From: Candidatus Latescibacterota bacterium
Lineage (GTDB): Bacteria; Latescibacterota; UBA2968; UBA8231
Length of the DNA stretch: 64,000 bases
Assembly (NCBI GenBank): GCA_965200315.1
Contig: OZ241362.1
Span: 1,600,001 to 1,664,000, forward strand
Direction of reading: 5' to 3'
Position numbers and translations under genes: made by a program. Shown piece after piece: positions 47,078 to 55,419 of this stretch (positions are counted from its first letter, which is position 1; each line of letters starts with the position of its first letter). The notes beneath the pieces are model-generated. The model saw nothing but the letters and a program-made list of their open reading frames with translations, was not told the DNA's origin and searched no databases.

Positions 47078-48463
47078 ATGGCAGAGCAAATCGGTGCAAT
47101 CATTGAACAGGGGCCAGAGGACTGGCAGATCGTACAGCAGGACGAACGTGGGGAAGGAAGGATTGAGCTAGAGGGTCGGTGGAAGTTTGAAACTCCCGGA
47201 CAAGTGGAAATGCGCTTGGTGTGGGAAGATACGGGGGTAGCGGTTGCGGCCAGTTTGGACTGGCAAGCGGTACCGACAGCGGAGGATGGGACCTATAAGG
47301 GTGCTTTGGAACGCATACCCGCAGGAGGGCTTTATCGGCTGGAAACGCGGTTGCGGACGGCGGAAAATCCGGCTGGGGAGTGGTCGCCGCGGGGAGATAT
47401 GCGGCACTTTTTGGGCATAGGCGATTTGTGGGTGATTGCCGGGCAGAGCAATTCGGCTGGATACGGGCGCGGGCCATACGAAGATCCAGTCGAGTTAGGG
47501 GTCCATCTGTTTAGGAACAGCGAACACTGGGCACTGGCGACGCATCCGATGAACGAATCGACGGATACCCAACACGCAGTAAACCGCGAGGCCGCCAATC
47601 CAGGGCACTCCCCCTACTTGCAATTTGGCCGTACGCTCAAAAGGACGCTCTCTCACCCAATAGGTTTGGTACAGACGGCGTTGGGAGGCTCTCCGCTTTC
47701 TCGCTGGAATCCCGGCGAGCCTCGGGCAGCGGATTTGTTTGACAATATGGTGCAGCGCGTGGACAAAGTAGGGGGAAAGGTCCGGGGGATAGTGTGGTAC
47801 CAAGGAGAAAGCGATACCGGAACGGACGCGGACGCGACCAGTTATGCGCAGCGGTTCCAGCAAGCGGTCGCCGCTTGGCGGGAGGCCCTTGCCGACGCGG
47901 CGTTGCCGGTGCTCACCGTGCAGCTAAATCGCGTGTACCAACCCGCCGACCCGGATGCCGATCGGCGCTGGAGCCAAGTGCGCGAGGCCCAGCGGCAGGT
48001 GGCGCGGCAAATGCCGGGCGTAGGCGTGGTGCCGGCACTCGACTTGCCGCTTGCGGACCAGATTCACACCAGTCCCGCTGGCAACATGCTCTTGGGCGAG
48101 CGGTTGGCGCAGGCGGCTTTGGGGCTGGTCTATGGTCAGGCGATAGCTTGGCAGGCACCGGATTTGGCGGCGGCCCGGCAGCGGGGCGACCGAGTCGAGC
48201 TAGCGTTTGCAGCCGTCGAGAGCCGGATGGACAGCATCGACCTAGAGGCCAATAGCTTCCGGGTCGAGGATGCGGCCGGCGAGGTGCCAATCGCAGCGGC
48301 AGTCTATCCCCAAGACCACCGCGTCAAGTTGGTCTTGGAGCGGCCCTTGCAAGGAGCGACTAGCGTCCACGGCGGCTACGGCAAAGCCCCGGCGACCGTG
48401 CCGGCGGATATGGAGCGATTCTTGCCCATGTTGGGCTTTTGGGGCGTGGAGATTGTCCGATGA
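47078..48463 (+). CDS. Sialate O-acetylesterase-domain (SGNH/CE6-like) esterase
   Basis: IAGQSNS, WYQGESD, DQIH. Confidence 0.85.
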   Translation: MAEQIGAIIEQGPEDWQIVQQDERGEGRIELEGRWKFETPGQVEMRLVWEDTGVAVAASLDWQAVPTAEDGTYKGALERIPAGGLYRLETRLRTAENPAGEWSPRGDMRHFLGIGDLWVIAGQSNSAGYGRGPYEDPVELGVHLFRNSEHWALATHPMNESTDTQHAVNREAANPGHSPYLQFGRTLKRTLSHPIGLVQTALGGSPLSRWNPGEPRAADLFDNMVQRVDKVGGKVRGIVWYQGESDTGTDADATSYAQRFQQAVAAWREALADAALPVLTVQLNRVYQPADPDADRRWSQVREAQRQVARQMPGVGVVPALDLPLADQIHTSPAGNMLLGERLAQAALGLVYGQAIAWQAPDLAAARQRGDRVELAFAAVESRMDSIDLEANSFRVEDAAGEVPIAAAVYPQDHRVKLVLERPLQGATSVHGGYGKAPATVPADMERFLPMLGFWGVEIVR

Positions 48464-49176
48464 TTATGGTACGCGCAAGCATCTTATCGTTTGCCCTGCT
48501 GTTCGGCAGTGCTGGGGCACAGGCGAATCTGGTAGATTCCTGGGAGGGCTGCCAGAGCGAGCTTGGCCCCTTGGTAGAGCATTTCTATATCGAGTTCAAT
48601 AGCGATGGGCGCTTCCGCCGCTTGGTACTTAGGGACGATCCCGAGCGGCCCGTGACCGAAGAGCAAGGCCAGTACGAAGCCGCTGACGGCGTTGTAACCT
48701 TGCGCTATACCGCGAACGTCAACGGGGTGCTGGCCAAACAAAGCGAAGCCGTGCCCTTCCGGCTAGAGGACGACACCCTGTATTGGGGAGCCGAACCGGC
48801 TCTCGCCTTGGCGCGAGCAGGGGAACTAGGCGACGAACTATTGGGCCGGTGGGGCATCGTCAATTTTGCCGGTGGGACGCTGGCCGGGCACGTGGTCTTC
48901 CGGGCGGATGGGACCTATGAGCTAGAATTGGGCGGCGTTGGGCACAGCGGGCTGTGGTCGCGGGCGGGATCGGGCGTGGTTCACTGGCCGACCGAGGCCG
49001 ACGACTCCGGGATCATTGGATTGCCGGCCGTGTGGACTCACGTCCGCATCAGCGGCGACCAGCTCTTCTACGACATCGCCTGTAGTTTCACCGTTGAGGC
49101 CGTGCGGTTGGCTACAGCCATAGCAGAGGTATCCTGGGGAGCGATTAAGAGTCGTCTCGTAGGCCCGCCAAGATAG
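48460..49176 (+). CDS. Secreted hypothetical protein with C-terminal TAI..VSWGAIK motif
   Basis: Signal peptide, two lipocalin-like beta repeats (FNSDGRF / FRADGTY), terminal SWGAIKS. Confidence 0.7.
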   Translation: MIMVRASILSFALLFGSAGAQANLVDSWEGCQSELGPLVEHFYIEFNSDGRFRRLVLRDDPERPVTEEQGQYEAADGVVTLRYTANVNGVLAKQSEAVPFRLEDDTLYWGAEPALALARAGELGDELLGRWGIVNFAGGTLAGHVVFRADGTYELELGGVGHSGLWSRAGSGVVHWPTEADDSGIIGLPAVWTHVRISGDQLFYDIACSFTVEAVRLATAIAEVSWGAIKSRLVGPPR

Positions 49177-50098
49177 CCGTAGCAAGCTCCATAGTAGCGA
49201 TGGCCTCGTCCAAGTCCGCAGCCGGTGGGCCGATGGGACGACCGGCCTTGATGCAGTCAAAAAAGTGGGTGGCTTGGGCTTGGGTACTGTCCACACCCTC
49301 CTTTTGCAAGTGCTTGCGCTCGCCGTCGCAGACCAACTCACAGGTGGAAATCCCCTCTAAATAGGCCGAAATGTCGCGGCCGTGGATTTCGTAGCGCTCT
49401 AAACGGGCGTCGGTGGTGTAGTTGGCGCATAGCTGGGCGACGCAGTCGTTTTCAAAGACGACTAACGCAGCGTGGACGTCCTTGTAGGCAGATGTGCGCC
49501 GGACGAAGCTGTGGACTGCGGCGACCGGCGCTCCACCCAAGTGGCGCACCAAGTCAATCGCGTGGATCGGGCTTTCGAGCAGCATGTTGTCCATGACGAT
49601 CTCGGGGAAGCGGCCAGCGGCGACAAAACGGCTCATGCTCTTGTGGAACTCGCCGACTAGCTGGTAGATCGGCCCGCGCGACTCAATCTCCTCGCGCACT
49701 TGCAGGACCAGCGGATCAAAGCGGCGATTCCAGCCGACCATGCCACGGGCACCGTTGGCCTCGGCGGCCTCTTTGAGGGCGTGGGTCTGGTCCAAGCTCA
49801 TGCCCGGCGGCTTCTCCAGCAGGGTGTCGATGCCCCGCTCCAAGCACGGCAGAGCCGCCGCGGCGTTGAGATGAGCCGGGGTCGCGACGATCACCGCGGC
49901 CAATTCCTCGGCGTCTAGCATGGCCTCTACGTCCGCGTAGCGGCGTTGGACTCCCCACTCGTCGCCCACTTGTTCGCGGTTTGCCGCAACCGGGTCGCAG
50001 ACGGCGACCAACTCGACATCCGCCAACGCCTGCAAGACGCGCACGTGGCCGCGACCGCGACCGCCGCAGCCAACCAATCCGACAGGTATATTCGCCAT
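49145..50098 (-). CDS. Gfo/Idh/MocA family oxidoreductase
   Basis: GLVGCGGRG, LLEKPP, IHAID. Confidence 0.88.
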   Translation of the reverse strand: MANIPVGLVGCGGRGRGHVRVLQALADVELVAVCDPVAANREQVGDEWGVQRRYADVEAMLDAEELAAVIVATPAHLNAAAALPCLERGIDTLLEKPPGMSLDQTHALKEAAEANGARGMVGWNRRFDPLVLQVREEIESRGPIYQLVGEFHKSMSRFVAAGRFPEIVMDNMLLESPIHAIDLVRHLGGAPVAAVHSFVRRTSAYKDVHAALVVFENDCVAQLCANYTTDARLERYEIHGRDISAYLEGISTCELVCDGERKHLQKEGVDSTQAQATHFFDCIKAGRPIGPPAADLDEAIATMELATAILAGLRDDS

Positions 50099-50150
50099 AG
50101 ATAGCTCCTTTTCTGTGGTTCCTGAGCGCCGGATAACGCGGCCTATCCCA

Positions 50151-50260
50151 CTAGTTGAACCAAAAGGAATAGAGCCGTGTCTTTTCGAGCAAGATGCGCA
50201 GTTTGATCGCCTTGCCCTCCAGATGACTCAGGTCTGCACTGCCGTTCCAAGCCACGACTT
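50151..50260 (-). pseudogene. Orphan 3' fragment of a deleted gene
   Basis: Reads EVVAWNGSADLSHLEGKAIKLRILLEKTRLYSFWFN-stop with no start; AT-rich DNA upstream. Confidence 0.55.
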
Positions 50261-50351
50261 CAAAGTTTGAAATTCTAGGACCTCATGTTTCATGGACTTA
50301 CTAATCCCTTTAACTAATAGGAAATATTTTTAACGAGAGCTGTTTTGAAAG

Positions 50352-50388
50352 AAAACCCCCGTGCCGGAAAATTTGGCACGGGGGTTTT
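50352..50388. terminator. Bidirectional intrinsic terminator downstream of tRNA-Arg(ACG)
   Basis: AAAACCCCCGTGCC-loop-GGCACGGGGGTTTT. Confidence 0.85.
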
Positions 50389-50393
50389 GGGAA

Positions 50394-50470
50394 TGGCGCA
50401 CCCACAGGGACTCGAACCCCGAACCTTCTGATCCGTAGTCAGGTGCTCTATCCAATTGAGCTATGGGTGC
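50394..50470 (-). tRNA. tRNA-Arg(ACG)
   Basis: 77-nt cloverleaf GCACCCA...TGGGTGC-GCCA; anticodon loop CT-ACG-GA. Confidence 0.97.
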
Positions 50471-50547
50471 ATAGCAAACTGTTCGGCCCCAGTGCAGTCC
50501 GGCCTCCGAATGAGGGCCGCATTGGAACCGCAAAGTAGTGTTATAAA

Positions 50548-50576
50548 ATAATAGACGCCGCCCCCTCGCCCGTCAA
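50548..50576 (-). promoter_or_regulatory. Putative sigma-70 promoter of tRNA-Arg(ACG)
   Basis: TTGACG-17 bp-TATTAT. Confidence 0.65.
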
Positions 50577-51742
50577 GGTGTGAACCCCTCGGACAGCGCC
50601 TCCAAGTACTTGTAGCCCGACCCCGTATTGAACAGCACCACGCACTCGTCCGGGGCCACGAGTCCCTGCTCTTTGAGCTTGATTAGGGCCGCTAGCGTGG
50701 CCCCACCTTCGGGCGCGGGGAAAATCCCTGTATGCGCCGCCATATGGTGAGAATGCGCGAGCAATTCCTCGTCGCTGACGGCAATAGCTGTGCCGCCGCT
50801 TTCCCGCAACACCTGCAACATCAGAAAGTCGCCGACCGCACTGGGGACCCGCAGGCCCGAAGCCACGGTGCGAGCGTCTTCCCACGCTTGGGCGGATTCA
50901 TCGCCGCGAGCAAAGGCCCGGACAATCGGCGCACAGCCCTCGGCCTGTACTGAGATCATCCGCGGCCGGTGCTGGCCAATCCAGCCGAGTTGCTCCAGTT
51001 CGGCGAATGCCTTCCACATCCCGATCAGCCCCGTGCCCCCGCCGGTAGGATAAATCACCACGTCGGGCAAGGACCAATCTAGCTGCTCGGCCAGTTCATA
51101 GCCCAAGGTCTTCTTGCCTTCGATGCGGTACGGCTCCTTCAGGGTCGATATCTCGAACCACCCCTCGGCTTCCTTGCGCTCGCCGACGATGCGGCCGCAA
51201 TCGCTGATTAGCCCATCAACCAGTTCGACCTCGGCCCCACAGGAACGGCACTCGGCGACAAAGGCCTGCGGCGTATCGCGGGGCATAAAGACAATCGCCG
51301 GTAGACCACAGGCGGCCGCGTAGGCTGCCAGCGCACCACCGGCATTGCCCGCGGTGGGGATGGCCAGCTTTTTCGCGCCGCGCACGCGGGCACAAGTGAC
51401 GGCGGCCGAGAGGCCGCGCGCCTTAAAGGAGCCGGTGGGATTAGGCGATTCGTCTTTGATGTAGAGCTGGGAAAGGCCCGCCCAGCACCCCAAGCGCTCA
51501 GGGCGCAGCAACGGGGTGAAGCCCTCGCCGAGGGAGACGATTTCCGCAGGGGTGCGGATGGGCATGACTTCCCGGTAGCGCCACATTGTCGGCGGGCGGG
51601 TGCTGAGCGCAGCACGGGTCAACGCACGACCGGCCTGGTCGAGGTCGTAGCGAGCGAGAAGAGGCGCACCGACCTCCGAGAGGTTCTGCAACACGTCGGC
51701 GTCGTAGCGTACGCCCGTACGAGAGCACTCTAAATGCGTCAT
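50573..51742 (-). CDS. thrC: Threonine synthase
   Basis: SLGEGFTPL, NPTGSFKARG, TAGNAG, YPTGGG, FNTGSGYKY. Confidence 0.9.
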   Translation of the reverse strand: MTHLECSRTGVRYDADVLQNLSEVGAPLLARYDLDQAGRALTRAALSTRPPTMWRYREVMPIRTPAEIVSLGEGFTPLLRPERLGCWAGLSQLYIKDESPNPTGSFKARGLSAAVTCARVRGAKKLAIPTAGNAGGALAAYAAACGLPAIVFMPRDTPQAFVAECRSCGAEVELVDGLISDCGRIVGERKEAEGWFEISTLKEPYRIEGKKTLGYELAEQLDWSLPDVVIYPTGGGTGLIGMWKAFAELEQLGWIGQHRPRMISVQAEGCAPIVRAFARGDESAQAWEDARTVASGLRVPSAVGDFLMLQVLRESGGTAIAVSDEELLAHSHHMAAHTGIFPAPEGGATLAALIKLKEQGLVAPDECVVLFNTGSGYKYLEALSEGFTP

Positions 51743-52326
51743 GAACACGGAGCGGCGTACAATCCTTTCGCAAGTATGTGGGACTCGACCGCTTCGGGCA
51801 CCATGTAGCGGATGGGCAGGCCAGCGGCCCGGCGCGTCCGAATCTCGGTCGAAGACAGTTCAATGAGCGGGGTATCTATGAAATGCAGGCGTGCCAACAG
51901 ATTGGGGTCGCCGCCGGCCATTTCCCCCGGACGCGCCCCCACCACCACTGTACACTGAGCCAAAATGCCCTCAAGGTCATGCCACTCGTCTAGCTGACCG
52001 ATGTTGTCTGCGCCGATAATGAAAAACAGCTCAGTGCGAGGATGACGCTGGTGCAGCCGGCGCAGGGTTTCGACTGTATAGGATTTGCCCGGGCGGTCTA
52101 GCTCCAAGCGCGAGGCCGCAAAATCGGCGCAGCCAGCCACGGCTAACTCGACCATGGCCCAGCGCTCCTCGGCCGGCGCGTACGCACCCTGCTTGAGCGG
52201 CGGATCTGCCGCCGGAATGAAGAGCATTTTGTCGAGGGGGATTTGCTCTAAAGCGAAGCGGGCCAAGAGCAGGTGGCCGTAGTGGATGGGGTCAAAGCTG
52301 CCGCCGATGACGCCGATGCGCCGCAT
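51739..52326 (-). CDS. nadD: Nicotinate-nucleotide adenylyltransferase
   Basis: GGSFDPIHYGH, SYTVETL, IIGAD, SSTEIR. Confidence 0.95.
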   Translation of the reverse strand: MRRIGVIGGSFDPIHYGHLLLARFALEQIPLDKMLFIPAADPPLKQGAYAPAEERWAMVELAVAGCADFAASRLELDRPGKSYTVETLRRLHQRHPRTELFFIIGADNIGQLDEWHDLEGILAQCTVVVGARPGEMAGGDPNLLARLHFIDTPLIELSSTEIRTRRAAGLPIRYMVPEAVESHILAKGLYAAPCS

Positions 52327-52328
52327 CT

Positions 52329-53075
52329 TTAGCCCGGCGATTGGTTCAGCCCGGACAGGTGCTTTTGCACTCCCTCCACCAACTCCGGGTCGCCGCTGTC
52401 TTGCAGTACTTCCTTCCAATAGCGCACCGCTAGATCCACATCGCCTTGCTCGCGGGCGATTTCGCCCATGCGGAAAAGCGTGATGTAATACCACTCGCCG
52501 ACGTCTGGGTACTCGCGCAAGACTTCTTCGTAGGTCATTTTGGCCGCGTCGAGATGGCCCTGCTTGTGGTATAGGTGGCCACTTAGGTACTGCTTTTGCG
52601 CCAAGCGGCTCCGGCACTCGACGATGCGCTGGAGCGCCTGTTCCGCCAAGGGCGAGTCGGGCTGGTCCTCAATAAAGTTGCGAAAAGCCGTCAGAGCCTC
52701 AAAAGTCTCCTTCTGGTCCAACTCTGGGCGGCGCAATTGCTTAAAGTACGACTCGCCTACCTTGAACTGCGCCTCAACCGCCCACTCGCTAGACGGGTAA
52801 ATATCGACGATGCGCTGATATTCAAAGGCGGCGTTGATCCAATCGCGATTGCAAAAGTACGCTTCGGCGAGGAGAAACTGCGCCTCGGCCACCCGGCGCG
52901 AGCCGGGAAAGTTGCTGACTAGGCGCTTGAAGTGCTCGGAGGCCTCTAGACAGCGGTTCTTTTTCATGGCCTTTTGGCCTTCTTCAAAGTAGTAATCCGC
53001 GCCTTGGAGTTTCTCAGACGGCGTACTGGCGCAGGCGGCGACGCACAGGGCGAGCGGGAAGATGAGATATTTCAT
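52329..53075 (-). CDS. bamD: Outer membrane protein assembly factor BamD
   Basis: Lipobox VAAC, TPR helices, ELDQKET..A..F..FI..P.S. Confidence 0.85.
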   Translation of the reverse strand: MKYLIFPLALCVAACASTPSEKLQGADYYFEEGQKAMKKNRCLEASEHFKRLVSNFPGSRRVAEAQFLLAEAYFCNRDWINAAFEYQRIVDIYPSSEWAVEAQFKVGESYFKQLRRPELDQKETFEALTAFRNFIEDQPDSPLAEQALQRIVECRSRLAQKQYLSGHLYHKQGHLDAAKMTYEEVLREYPDVGEWYYITLFRMGEIAREQGDVDLAVRYWKEVLQDSGDPELVEGVQKHLSGLNQSPG

Positions 53076-53077
53076 GG

Positions 53078-53704
53078 CTAGCGGTTGGAAAAAAACAAAT
53101 AGATAAGCCCACCGAGCACGGTGGAGACGATCACAGGTTCGACAAACTTGCTCCACGTTTGTTCCTCTAACTCGGTCTCGGCGAATTTGAACTGGTCGTG
53201 CTGGAGTATATCTAGCTGCTTTTTGGGAATCTGATCGCGCTGCGTGCGAGTGATCTCGTCCTGCCAGTGGACCACGTCGTCGCGCTCGTCGCTCAAGCGC
53301 AGGGCGAGCGTTACCCGGCCTTGGCGGCTGACCTTGCTGCCGCGCAGTCCCGAGTACGCGGAGACTCCGAGGTCGAGTAATCGGTAGGACAGGCGCATAC
53401 TCGCCGGTTGGGCTGCGGTCGAATCCAAGGTCACGCTAAAGCCGCGCGCCAGCAGCCGATTGGCCAGCAGGTGTTCGACCATCCAATTGGCGTCGTGCTT
53501 GCTCTGCGCCACGACCAACAAGGGAGCCGACGCGGCGTCAGCCGGTATTTCAATGCGCCCCAAACTCTCATTGACCGCACTCGCCACAGTCTCGGCCAAC
53601 AAGTCCATATTGGTGGGAAAAGGAATGGCGGCCGACGCGGTGGCACAGATCATCAGCGCGGCCAAAAGGCGATAACAAATTCGCAGCAAAATCGTTCTCA
53701 TCAA
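53078..53704 (-). CDS. Hypothetical protein (signal peptide, C-terminal TM)
   Basis: Operonic between cpoB and bamD; terminal EPVIVSTVLGGLIYLFFSNR. Confidence 0.7.
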   Translation of the reverse strand: MMRTILLRICYRLLAALMICATASAAIPFPTNMDLLAETVASAVNESLGRIEIPADAASAPLLVVAQSKHDANWMVEHLLANRLLARGFSVTLDSTAAQPASMRLSYRLLDLGVSAYSGLRGSKVSRQGRVTLALRLSDERDDVVHWQDEITRTQRDQIPKKQLDILQHDQFKFAETELEEQTWSKFVEPVIVSTVLGGLIYLFFSNR

Positions 53705-54420
53705 CCGCCGAGGCGTTTTATCTCTTCGCGGGCCACGGACGCGTATTCGCTCTCTGGATACTCATCTACCAGCTTGCGCAGGGCCGTAAGCGCCCGGTCG
53801 CGCTCGTCCAAAGCGAGGTGACAGCGGGCAATTTTTAGCTGGGAGTCGTCGGCTTTATTTGTGTTGCTGAAGGCAAACACCTTGGTGAATTCGATCAGTG
53901 CCTGCTGGTATTGGCGCAGTCCGTAATAGCACTCGCCTTTCCAATACTGGGCGTTATCGGACCATTCACTCATAGGTGCTTCCTGCAGCAAGCGGTCAAA
54001 CTCGGCCAAGGCGCGGTCGTATTGTTTGTGGCCATAGTAGTAGAGCGCACCTTGATACATGTTGAACGCATCGCGTTTGTCGCTGTCGGCTGTCGTCGCG
54101 GCCTGCGGAGCGCGGCGGCTAGTGCTGGCGGCGCGGCGCGGTAAAGAATCCAGCCGCGCACTTAGGACGCGGCTCTGGCTTTGGAGGGCTCTGAGTGCTT
54201 GGCGCAACTGGGCGTTGGATGCCTCTAGCTGGCGCACGCGCTCAGCCATGGCTTGCTCGCGCTCGTACGCGGCTGCAACGGCGCGTTCAAGGACTTGGAG
54301 GGCCCCGCTTTTTTCTTCTGGCTGGGCCTCTTCCCACTGGACGGGTGGTTGTTTGGTTGGCGGCGCAGCACAAGCCCCAAGGCCGAGGGCCAACACCAAC
54401 GCGCGTTTAGCGCGTTTCAT
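53701..54420 (-). CDS. cpoB: Tol-Pal associated TPR lipoprotein CpoB/YbgF-like
   Basis: Lipobox LGAC, coiled coil, DNAQYWKGECYY, KADDSQLK, YPES. Confidence 0.8.
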   Translation of the reverse strand: MKRAKRALVLALGLGACAAPPTKQPPVQWEEAQPEEKSGALQVLERAVAAAYEREQAMAERVRQLEASNAQLRQALRALQSQSRVLSARLDSLPRRAASTSRRAPQAATTADSDKRDAFNMYQGALYYYGHKQYDRALAEFDRLLQEAPMSEWSDNAQYWKGECYYGLRQYQQALIEFTKVFAFSNTNKADDSQLKIARCHLALDERDRALTALRKLVDEYPESEYASVAREEIKRLGG

Positions 54421-54505
54421 CGCATTTTAAATCGGAAATACAAATGAACCATCTTTGATAAATATAGCACAATCCCCCTCTCCAGACCAAATCGCGCAAG
54501 GGGCG

Positions 54506-55006
54506 TCACGCGCTGGGTAGCACCTTGATGCGCTCGACTAATTGGGTGGTGGAAATGCCCGTCCACAGCGGCAGAGCGCGAACTTGGCCGCCGCGCGCTT
54601 CGACGTGTTCGCGGCCGACAATGGCCGCCGGGGCGTAATCGCCACCTTTGACCAAGACATCGGGCGCGAGCGCGGCCACGAGGCGCTCGACGCTTTCACC
54701 CGAGAAGATACACACATGCGAAACGCATTCTAAGGCCGCGAGCACGGCGGCGCGGTCGTTTTGCGGGCACAGGGGCCGACCCCGGCCCTTGAGAGCGCGG
54801 ACTCCGTCGTCGTCGTTTAACCCCACCGCGAGACAGTCGCCCAAGGCGCGCGCCGCGCACAAGTACTCAACGTGCCCCCGGTGCAGCAAGTCAAAACATC
54901 CATTGGTAAAGACAAAGGTCTGCCGCTCTTTTTCTAATTGGCTGCGGACCGCGAGCAACTGGTCGCACGTAATGATTTTGGCAGGACCGGCCAAGGACGA
55001 CTGCAT
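54506..55006 (-). CDS. rfaE2: D-glycero-beta-D-manno-heptose 1-phosphate adenylyltransferase
   Basis: FTNGCFDLLHRGH, LKGRGRP, PDVLVKGGDY, STT. Confidence 0.92.
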   Translation of the reverse strand: MQSSLAGPAKIITCDQLLAVRSQLEKERQTFVFTNGCFDLLHRGHVEYLCAARALGDCLAVGLNDDDGVRALKGRGRPLCPQNDRAAVLAALECVSHVCIFSGESVERLVAALAPDVLVKGGDYAPAAIVGREHVEARGGQVRALPLWTGISTTQLVERIKVLPSA

Positions 55007-55010
55007 GGCG

Positions 55011-55130
55011 AAAGATGGGGTGGATGACGGACGGAGACTAACCACTAACAACAGTGGCCGGGGACCAGTCCACACCGCCCCCCATGCTGACCACTGACCA
55101 CTAAAGATGGGGTGGATGACGGGCGGAGAC
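55011..55130 (-). repeat. Two downstream copies of the tRNA-His 3' end
   Basis: CCGTCATCCACCCCA at 55016-55030 and 55108-55122; 55011-55038 versus 55103-55130 are 27/28 identical. Confidence 0.9.
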
Positions 55131-55156
55131 AGACCACCGACCGGTGCCCACTAAAA

Positions 55157-55234
55157 TGGGGTGGATGACGGGAGTTGAACCCGCGCCCTCCAGGGCCACA
55201 ACCTGGCGCTCTAACCAACTGAGCTACATCCACC
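55157..55234 (-). tRNA. tRNA-His(GTG)
   Basis: Cloverleaf with G-1, anticodon loop TT-GTG-GC, C73 and CCA. Confidence 0.97.
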
Positions 55235-55254
55235 ACTATGTCTTGAGGGCTGCC

Positions 55255-55331
55255 TGGCGTGCCCAGTAGGACTCGAACCTACGACCGTCTGCTTAGAAGG
55301 CAGATGCTCTATCCAACTGAGCTATGGGCAC
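55255..55331 (-). tRNA. tRNA-Arg(TCT)
   Basis: 77-nt cloverleaf, anticodon loop CT-TCT-AA, CCA end. Confidence 0.97.
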
Positions 55332-55358
55332 ATCGCCAAGCGGTGCAAGCATTCAAAA

Positions 55359-55387
55359 ATATTAGGGCCTATCCTGCGCAAAGTCAA
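55359..55387 (-). promoter_or_regulatory. Putative sigma-70 promoter of the tRNA-Arg/tRNA-His pair
   Basis: TTGACT-17 bp-TAATAT. Confidence 0.7.
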
Positions 55388-55419
55388 CGCGACTCGCGGC
55401 TAGGCCACGCCCCAACCGC

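Noticed and set aside
55011-55172. Repeat-spacer pattern as a mini-CRISPR
   Set aside because: The repeat is the tRNA-His 3' end, spacing is irregular, and no cas genes are present.
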